From Blastocystis sp. subtype 4 (lineage: Eukaryota), in assembly GCF_000743755.1 (NCBI RefSeq), contig NW_014569527.1, positions 49,877-69,876 of the forward strand: 20,000 nt of DNA. The letters run 5' to 3'. A model generated the notes under the pieces. It was given only the letters and a program-made list of their open reading frames with translations. It had not been told where the DNA came from and did no database searches. This document shows positions 11,801-20,000 of the stretch, one piece after another (position 1 is the first letter of the stretch; each line of letters begins with the position of its first letter). Position numbers and translations under genes: made by a program.

Positions 11801-14800
11801 GAATGTCGATTACGCATTCATTAACCATTCTCAAGCCTTTTTCACTATATGTGATTCTCGAGGTAACTCACTCACATCTCGAGAAACAGAGTTCTCTCTG
11901 TATCTCCTCTTCCTTCACGATTTTTCGTCTCAATCTTCAATGCGTGATTGATGATTGAATCACTCACTTATAGCTGGACAATCTTTTATCACAATCGATT
12001 CATTCCTTGCATCTCCTTCCTTCTTCTCTGTATCTGCCATTACAAATGCTCAAGATATCCGAGAAAAAGGAACAATTCCACAAGAAGTCCAGATTTCTGA
12101 TCTATTCAAATCATGCTTTCTCTACACAGTGTACCATTCAATCAGGAATGATTATCCCGTGAATTCATCTGAACTCCAACGCTTTCTGACATCTGATAGC
12201 TGTTCCTCAGGTACCATTCAAGTTGATTTGTCTCCACTTCTGCGAGTTCTGCCTGTTCTGACATCAGATGAAATTGAGTCATTTGATGACACACTTGTAG
12301 CCATGATCGATAGTATGAATTGTTTGATGTTCAAGGAATGGTTGGTCGTGCGATGTGATTCATTTCCAACCTTTATTCGCATGGATATCGTTCATTCAAA
12401 ACGAAGTGGAACTTCGAACGAAGTAGGTTGTTTTTCTGGAATTCCACAAATAGTGTAAGAATCAAGTATTCTCTCTAATGAACACTCCATGTTCATTCTG
12501 TTCATTGCTGGCTCCTTGTGTAAGCAATCACTGTGTCCGTCTTTCATTTCGTCTTACATTCTTCTGTCCCCGAGAGCATCTCCAGCTTCCTGTTCACAGC
12601 TCCAGCACAGATCGAAAGCGTGATGATATGATGGATGTACGCTTTTCGATCAGCAGTAGTCGTCATAAGAGTGTCTATGACTCGATTCGCAGTATTCTCA
12701 CAGAGGATCAGCCTCTTACTGTTGTCAAGCAGTTGACCAACATTGTGACAGCCTGTGTTGCTGAACAAACTGTTCTTATTCTCGAAGAATCTCTCCTCTC
12801 CCATCTATCGAATCTCAAACTGGTTTTTCAACTCCTCTCGGATCTGAATGTCGGTCATTCAGTTCGACGTGTTGATGTCATCTCCAATTTCAGTCTCGTA
12901 AGTCAGACGTTTTATCTGATAAATAGACACCTCGTATTCTGGAAGTATTTAACCATTCGTTTGCTATGGATTGTTCATCTCAGTCAGAACGGTCGACACT
13001 GGGAAATAGATCCTTCTTGCGAATTGGACCATACTATCTTTATATCAAACCCCGAACACATTCATCAATGAAACTCCCATCTCATGAATATCCACATAGC
13101 TTGAAACGAGCAAAGGCAGGAACATCCTCACCTGAAGAACGAGATAAACGGTTATTTGAGAATTTTGGTCTAGCGCAGTATGAGTTACCATTCATCTGCA
13201 TTGTTTACAAGGTTGCTGGAAAGAACACATTTACCATTATCCTTCATGACTATCAAGGACAACTGAACAAACAATATGAGAATGATGATGCATTGAAAAC
13301 ACAATTCTTAAACAGTTTCCAGTCTTCAACTGTTCCTACGCCTGTAAGTGATCCTATGAGTGATATTCCTTTTAATGAAGGATTGGATAATGAAGTACCC
13401 AGTTTGGATATTCCCTCCAATGAAACTCCCACAAGAGATGAAACTGTCATTCATGAAGATGGTCAGTTGGAAGGTACATTGAGTGATGATGCTCAATGGA
13501 AGTCCATCATGTTGTCACATCATTTAGGTCTCATTCAAAATCAGTTGGAGCTTAATTTATTTGAAGCAAAGAATCAGTGTAGAATGATCACCATATTGGA
13601 AACACGAGAAATGGAGAGAGTTGCCTTAGTTGATAACACTCGATGTGATAGGCTGAATGTGATACTCATTGGTAGATCAGACAATTCGCTTTCATCTTCA
13701 TCTTCATTCATTGTACGCAGATCAGTACTATCTTCCTTTCCCATTGCTTCAAACGTTATATGAGACTCTTCTATGGGTTTCTGAAGCAAATGTGAAGGCT
13801 TTGCTGTCTGGTCTTCGAGCTGATTTTATTGACTCTCTAGTCAGACAGCCACAAGCCTTCATAGATACTGTGAATCCTGATTTCAATGTATTGTTTATCA
13901 GTCTCTCTGGATTGGAGTGTTCACTTCTGGTTCTTACTGTCGTTCAGGCTGGCCATGGAGGCTATGAATCTAATTGTGACTGTACACACATTAAAGGAAG
14001 GAATACGAAGGCTTGGCTATTGAAAGCACAGGTCTGGGGATGGAATGGGATTCAGGAAGGATGCTGTGATTTTGCTGTTCATCTCATTCATCAACATGTT
14101 CTACAATGCAAATTAGAGAGTCTGAAAGAAGCATATCAGATCTGTTTGGAGGATTCTCATCAATCCTTCATCACTCCATCAGCAGATGTGGTTGAGTGGG
14201 TCCATCAGTTCAAGTGTGATCGAAATGAAGATTCGAAAGTGAAGTTGGATGCAATCTGTTCTCTTGACGTGTTTTTCTCATTCTTCTTCCAATCACTCAT
14301 CCAATGGAGATTTGTGCCAATTTACCAAGAACCGACTAAGAAGCTGTCTGAGACATTCCCCACTCGGAATATCAACTGTGTTCATTGTCCTCGTTGTGAT
14401 GGTCGACCTGGTATCAAACCACTTCATATTGACAATGGCTTTGAGTTTGCCATTCTAAATGGTTCATCATCTCTTCTCTCCTTCTTACGAGTTGACTTGG
14501 TCCAAGAACAGAAATCCACTCATAGAGAAGTCATTACTTCAATTTTGGCTCATCGTGATTCATTCGATCCTCATGATATCACAGCAGAATCGTTATTAGC
14601 TCATATCCCTACTTCACTCAAAGGATCCATGGCTACTGAACCACCATTCTCAAGACTATGGCTTCGAGTCGCTGTGTGGTCAGCACCAATTGGACCCAAG
14701 CCTCTAGATGTTAGCATTCTGAAGGAGACTAATCTGCGTTTGAAGTATGAAGTGATTGCACTTGCTAAACAGGCACGTATGGAGTAAAAATTCTGGAATG

Positions 14801-17800
14801 GTTATAATCTAGACTTTTTGTGGATTTCCATTTATTGTCACTTCCAACTCCGATTTTTGATTCTCTTCCAGTGTCACAAATTGTACCTGTTTTGTATCGA
14901 TTCAGCCACTGTGTGTTAGGATATAATCGGAAAAGAGAGTTCAATATCATGACGGCAGAAACGGGGAATGAGCCAAATGTGGCGGATGGAGTATTTCGAG
15001 TGAATTCTAAACATGTGTGTGATATGTAGGCTCAAGTGGCTCCAAATCTCCCTGTGAACCTGCTCCACTTTGTATGTGATGCTGTGTGTGAATGGTTTGA
15101 ATCTCTTCTTCCCGCAGGAAATTCAATCTCTTCCTTAACAGAAGCTTGTGAAGTAGTTGTGAATCGTGAACGAACGTGGATTGAAGCAATTCACGTTTAT
15201 AAGCACTGGAAGGATGAGTGGAGTATTGGAGAGTGGACGAGACTGCCACCAGAATTACATGAAGGGAATGAGAATGAGGACAAGTTGATTCGCCTGTGTG
15301 AAGAAGGTATGAACGAGACAATAAACTGATTGATAGAATTCTCTTCAGATGCATTCTGTGTATTTGTCAAATGTATTGAAGGCGAAGACGATTCATTCAG
15401 CTCATCATCTGAGGAGGAAGAGGAAGAATTGGCTCCATGTCTGTGTGAGCGATATGAACAGATTCTCCAACTTGCCATTAGGACTCATTACATTCTGTGT
15501 TTCATAAGCCAAAATTCAATCAGTCTGATCAGTTATGGTGTAAAACAGTCATTCCTTGATACAATGTGTCTCAAGTCAGTAATGGGAGTTTCATTGAGAG
15601 TCTAGATTTGAACAAATTAGCAATCGATTGCTTGTAGCAAGCACTCTACGTGATCTTCTTCTAATTCAGTTAGGTGGAAGAACTGGATTTGTCTCTCGAA
15701 GTAATTTTGTAATATCAAAATTAGTCCCAGATTATGCCATTCCACAAATCTCCTTCTCTCAGCATCCATCAGAAATGAATCTGAATGCATTCCCTCACTT
15801 CCCGCTCTCATTAACATCTCTCCATTTGCCTACACTCACAAATGCCTTGTCGACACCAATTGTACCAGCCAGTAACTTACTTTCTCGTCAATTGCTCGTG
15901 CTTATGGAACAAGTGAAACATAGCCAGTCTATATCAAATCACGATTATGAAGACATTGTCAAGCGAATTGTTGCTGGAGAGAATCAAATTGAAACACTTC
16001 GAACACTGATTGAAAGTGATTTCCGATTATTCCACAAAGCTTTAAATCTTCCTGTTTTGAATGATGAAACTTCCCTAATCACTCGTCCAATACAAAGAAA
16101 TAGTGGAAACTTCTTTTCTTTGTAATAGTGATGAAATAGACTTGATTCTAGATTCTCTCATCGTAGACAACATGAACCAATCACAAACAGCAAATCATCA
16201 TCCAATCATTTTTCTTCCAATGGTAGTGAAGGAATGTTTGTGGGAAGTATTATCGTTGAAGTGATTCAGATCTAGAATGTTCTAGTCAACGAGGAAGTGG
16301 AATATCGATGGGAGCAAAATCCGTTTCATCAGGCGTAGAAGCCTCAGGGAGTGTTCGAAATGGGCCGTTTGTAAGTGGATTCATTCACTACATTTGTGAT
16401 TATTTGAGGCGATTATCGTGTGTTCAGGATGTGTGTATGTGCGACTCAAATGAGAATCCTTGGATGTAGGAATACCAAGGAGGAATAAACTGTAGACTTG
16501 TGACGAAACGAGATATCTCATTGAACTTCTGTTTCATATCAATTCGTTGTTATTCGTGTACATTGTTTGTTCATGTGTGGTGGGTTCAGGGACCTGGTGT
16601 TCCTGTGATGTATCTCTTCAATGAATGGTGCAATCAATTTTTAATGAATCGAATTCGTTCTCTCTGGGAGAATCAAGATTTGTACAGAATCATGGTTGTA
16701 TCTATTTGTAGAGAACAGTTGACTGTATCGATGATCACTCAGTTACCACGAACTCTTCATCGAGCTGTCACACGCTATGGACTAACTCATGTTATTTCCA
16801 TTTCACTCCCTTCTCATTCTATTCCATTTACAGAGAATACAGTTCCTCTTCTTCTGTCTAACAGACAATTACTTGGAATTACTGTATTTACTGATTCAAC
16901 CAAGTACTATTCTTGACCTTGTTTAAGTGATAGTTCTTGCTTTGCTTCGATTCCTGTTGTTTACCATCATTCAGACATACCAGGAATGATTCTCATGGAT
17001 TCAGCAACTCCCTCTCCTACACCAGCTATACAGACAACACGAAAGACTCAACCGTTACCGCGGTTATCACTCGATATTGAGGGTGTTGAGTTTTCATGTC
17101 TATTCTACCTGCCTCAGAAAGCAGAGTTTTTGTTCCTACTTCAGTTGTCATCCAGTCTGAAGGAGCCATCACTGGCTGTTTCAGCAGCTCTGGAGACAGT
17201 ACACGCTTGGATCATCCAATTCTCATCTCTCTATCGTCAAGTAGGTGTAGAGAAGTCGATATAGATTTAGCTCTATTCTTGGAAATACACAGATTTGGCC
17301 TATTTGGACACAACTTTGAATCATGTCCAGCGTGACCTGTTCCGAGATCGAGTCGCTCCACTGATGGTTTTTTTCAAGTCGAAATCGATGTTCCATAGAT
17401 TGAAAAAACTGATAATGAACACATATAAAGTAGGTGTTGAGGAAGAGGGATGATGGAAAGTGTTATGATGTGTTGTGTGACGATTCCAAGATTGTGTTTT
17501 CCAAAACTGAGAAGGATTCTGTATGAGTTTATTGGACTTCTGATTTGTAGCGATATCTAGGCTTAGCTGAATTCAATGAGAAGGAGAATAATTGTTCGAT
17601 GGATTTGATTGATCTTTGTCCTACGAAGGAAACGGATCGATCATTTATTGGAATGATGTCAACTGAAGTGATGGGGATCCTTCATAAGGAAATTTATGGC
17701 TTTTGTCGTGTTTGTTACGAAGATATGACACCGCAAATAGGATCGAAAAATCGCAGAATGCCCCTCATATCATTCGACACCTTTTGGAGTCAAACTTTTC

Positions 17801-17847
17801 AAGCGTCACTATTTCATTTAACACATAATCGTGTACTAGGGACATGA
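8815..17847 (+). CDS. SZT2: Very large SZT2-like protein (KICSTOR scaffold homologue); many exons, single-gene status of the 3' half less certain
   Basis: ATG at 8815. LVLCLDFSSSMHELDDTTGNTYIEDMLMNLENTISHLFRPW parallels the recalled SZT2 [68 protein letters not shown] parallels [27 protein letters not shown], and FVEICLREGFLVEKV parallels VVSVRLREGYSVREV. Plus-strand ORFs separated by ~30-nt GT-AG gaps continue to TGA 17845-17847, followed by TATTTGTT. Confidence 0.72.
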
Positions 17848-17850
17848 GCG

Positions 17851-17858
17851 TATTTGTT
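17851..17858 (+). terminator. Variant motif TATTTGTT ending the SZT2-like gene
   Basis: 3 nt after TGA 17845-17847, the same geometry as Rab3GAP1. Confidence 0.7.
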
Positions 17859-17894
17859 AATAGTCTCAGTGAGGTTTAGGATACAACACTTTCA

Positions 17895-19294
17895 ATGAAT
17901 CAGATTGCTGTAGGCACATCTTCTATGAATAGAGAGACCGTACTTCAGTATTTGAAAGGTACTGTGGGTTTTGTATGATTCCTTAACGTATGTAGTTGGA
18001 AACTCTCTTTTCGATGGAATCTCTTGCAGAATATCCCTATATTGTTACAAATATGGATGATAATGGTTTCATTCCGATTCGTCTCTTGCTTCCATTTTTC
18101 TATCCATCAATACCAACGGTGAGTATTGCAGATATAATCAATGCGGTCAAAGATTCGGAAAAGGTCGTTGTTGATGCCAACATGGAAATGATTCGACCGA
18201 ACATAAAAGTGGAACGAAAGACTATCATTCTGCGCGATATTCCGGAGAATACAACAGAAGAAGAACTCCGATCTCTTTTCACGGATCTCGGAACCATTGA
18301 ATCTATCAATCCATCCATTGCTAACAATTGGTACAAGTTCATTTCAATAGTTATTTTAAGGTTTGTGGTAATGGATTCAGAAAAGTCAGCTCAGGAAGCA
18401 CTCAAAGGAATTCAAAACAAACCCTTTAAAGAGACTGTAATTCATGCTCGAATCAAGAACGAAAGTGTGTTATTAGCCATTAATCGTCAAATCAATGCCA
18501 TTGCTTCTGCATCAATTCCAACGATGGGAATGCAATATGGAGCTTACTCTGGATTTTCTGGAGCTTCTGTATTTTCTTCAGCGAACATGGCGGATGCCAG
18601 TACATTTGAAGTGGATCAGACGTCGTTGAAGTCTCGAGGGTGAGATTGATCCGTAAGGATGATTGATAGACGAAAACCGCGAGGAGGAAAGGCAAATCGC
18701 GGTCGTCGAGATCGTCGTGTTCCCGCGGTGAAGCCCATTCCATTACCTCAAATTGATGTCGAATTTGTATGGAATGATGAGCTATAGAATCGAAACAGTT
18801 TCCCTCCACTTGTGTACACAGGAAATCAGACAATTGGATATCAGACTGAGTTCATTCATTATTCTGCCGATGAGATTATGACAATTGTACGTGATCTGAA
18901 AGACTTATCCTTACCTTCAATTCCTGAGGGTGATTATTCGTTAGTGGTGAGAGATTATTGAATTATTGATGAACAGCTGACAGAAAATGCGAATTCAGAC
19001 TTAGTAACAAAACAACGAACTCAATCGATTGATCGTTCTTTGGAGGCGGGAATGCCTCGTTCATATTCGGTCGATTCGGTCGATTATACAACGATGTTGA
19101 TGGGTGATATGCCTGAAGAAGTGAAAGAAGAAGCAAGAAAACGCAGAAGGAATCGCAAGCCAAAGAGATTGTGAGATTATGAGGATGAATTGATGGTTAG
19201 AGACTATTCGAAGGTATTAGGAAAGAATTCTGTTTCGGGTGAGGTGAAGAAGGGACAGCACGGCAATCGACATGAAGAGAAGAAAGGGAAGTGA
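17895..19294 (+). CDS. LARP4: La-related protein, LARP4-like (La motif + RRM); multi-exon
   Basis: ATG at 17895, intron ending at 17995. LKGT|LETLFSMESLAEYPYIVTNMDDNGFIPI is a La motif; RPNIKVERKTIILRDIPENTTEEELRSLF...NNW...VIHARIK is a LARP4-type RRM. An RG-rich tract and an FPPL motif follow. It ends HEEKKGK-TGA at 19292-19294. Confidence 0.85.
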
Positions 19295-19332
19295 TCGATT
19301 GGATCCTGGGTTGAGTTTGTCTGGGGTGGATT

Positions 19333-19340
19333 TGTTTGAT
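19333..19340 (+). terminator. Variant motif TGTTTGAT after the LARP4-like gene
   Basis: One mismatch, 38 nt after the stop. Confidence 0.45.
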
Positions 19341-19342
19341 GA

Positions 19343-19350
19343 AAGAAACA
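19343..19350 (-). terminator. Variant motif TGTTTCTT ending the small Tim gene
   Basis: One mismatch; the T at 19355, 5 nt upstream, is a first codon position. Confidence 0.7.
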
Positions 19351-19354
19351 AAAG

Positions 19355-19616
19355 ACTTTTGTTGAGCTTGAGCATTCAGATGATTCAGAGTATCCGCAAC
19401 TACATCAATGGTTTTAAAATACATATCATGACAGTTTGATAGGCAAGTCTTTTCACTTGTAGTCAATGAGCCACTAGCATTTCGACAGCATCGGTCAAAA
19501 CACTTTTCAGACATTGACTACATGTTATTTGGTGTTTGAGAATTCACATTTAGGATCTTTTGTAGGTTATCCTGAGCTAATTCCTCACGAAGAGCTTTAA
19601 TCTCACTTATATCCAT
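19355..19616 (-). CDS. TIM13: Small Tim chaperone (Tim10/DDP family, Tim13-like), 77 aa, 2 exons; stop probably made by polyadenylation
   Basis: ATG at 19616; intron 19547-19518 (30 nt). MDISEIKALREELAQDNLQKILN|SMSEKCFDRCCRNASGSLTTSEKTCLSNCHDMYFKTIDVVADTLNHLNAQAQQK contains the twin CX3C motif. The subfamily call is less certain than the family call. Confidence 0.85.
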
Positions 19617-19767
19617 ACTCATTGTTAATTAGCGCGATAACAAGAATTAGAAGAGAAGAAGAAATAGGATCATTCTTGTCACAAACTGCCCCAATTGTTG
19701 CTATTAGGTACCCTTTTTTTCTGGTATCTGTTCATATCAAAAAGGAATTATTCATTCATAGTATCCA

Positions 19768-20000
19768 ATGGTATGTAAATAGTTTGTTGTGGAAAGAGTA
19801 ATCTGAATGAGAGGCTATGGTTTGAAGCTGTCGTGCAAATGTACGTCATGGCTCCAGACAGAGGCTGGCAGAACCTTAGAGATTATAAGCTCACAGTTTT
19901 GTAGGGTCGTGTGCGTACTAAGACTGTCAAGAAGACTGCTGCCAACATTGTCGAGAAGTACTATCAGAAGCTCGCTATGGACTTCGATAACAACAAGAGA
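19768..20000 (+). CDS. RPS17: 40S ribosomal protein S17 (eS17), 5' part
   Basis: ATG at 19768-19770, intron 19771-19904, then [32 protein letters not shown], the typical eS17 N-terminus. Confidence 0.96.
19771..19904 (+). other. Unusually long (134-nt) first intron of RPS17
   Basis: GTATGT...TTTTGTAG; splicing restores M-GRVRTK. Confidence 0.9.

Noticed and set aside
13266..13273. TGTTTGTT on the minus strand within SZT2
   Set aside because: Antisense, with no credible minus-strand gene upstream; likely chance
13066..13445. caatgaaactcc shared between ~6944, ~13067 and ~13417
   Set aside because: A short match in low-complexity coding sequence with no spacer periodicity; not a CRISPR array or mobile element
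8815..17847. Frame breaks read as a pseudogene or alternative genetic code
   Set aside because: The breaks I checked coincide with ~30-nt GT-AG introns that restore the frame under the standard code
19197..19354. C-terminal extension of the small Tim ORF in the ORF track
   Set aside because: Overlaps LARP4 antisense, lacks family similarity and is better explained by a poly(A)-created stop at 19355
1..20000. Prokaryotic operon, defence system, tRNA/rRNA or transposon
   Set aside because: All recognisable genes are intron-containing eukaryotic genes; no such signatures were seen

Overview
This is compact, AT-rich eukaryotic nuclear DNA with intergenic gaps of about 35-150 nt and many ~30-nt GT-AG introns, which break the ORF track into fragments. 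The intron size and the TGTTTGTT-type motifs at gene ends suggest Blastocystis, an anaerobic stramenopile (inference). Manual splicing gives eight genes: (-) a multi-SH3 adaptor (3' truncated); (-) a PPR-like protein with a mitochondrial-type leader and possible Smr C-terminus; (-) an HCF101-type Mrp/NBP35 Fe-S scaffold; (+) Rab3GAP catalytic subunit; (+) a ~9-kb SZT2-like gene; (+) a LARP4-like La/RRM protein; (-) a small Tim (Tim13-like); (+) RPS17 (3' truncated). Main points: two genes (HCF101-like, small Tim) have no genomic stop codon at their natural end and appear to gain UAA by polyadenylation at a T 5 nt upstream of the motif. This mechanism is known in Blastocystis. The HCF101 ORF runs in frame into the next gene. 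There is also a divergent SZT2 (KICSTOR) homologue and an unusually long, structured RPS17 intron. All homology calls are from remembered family motifs, not database searches.
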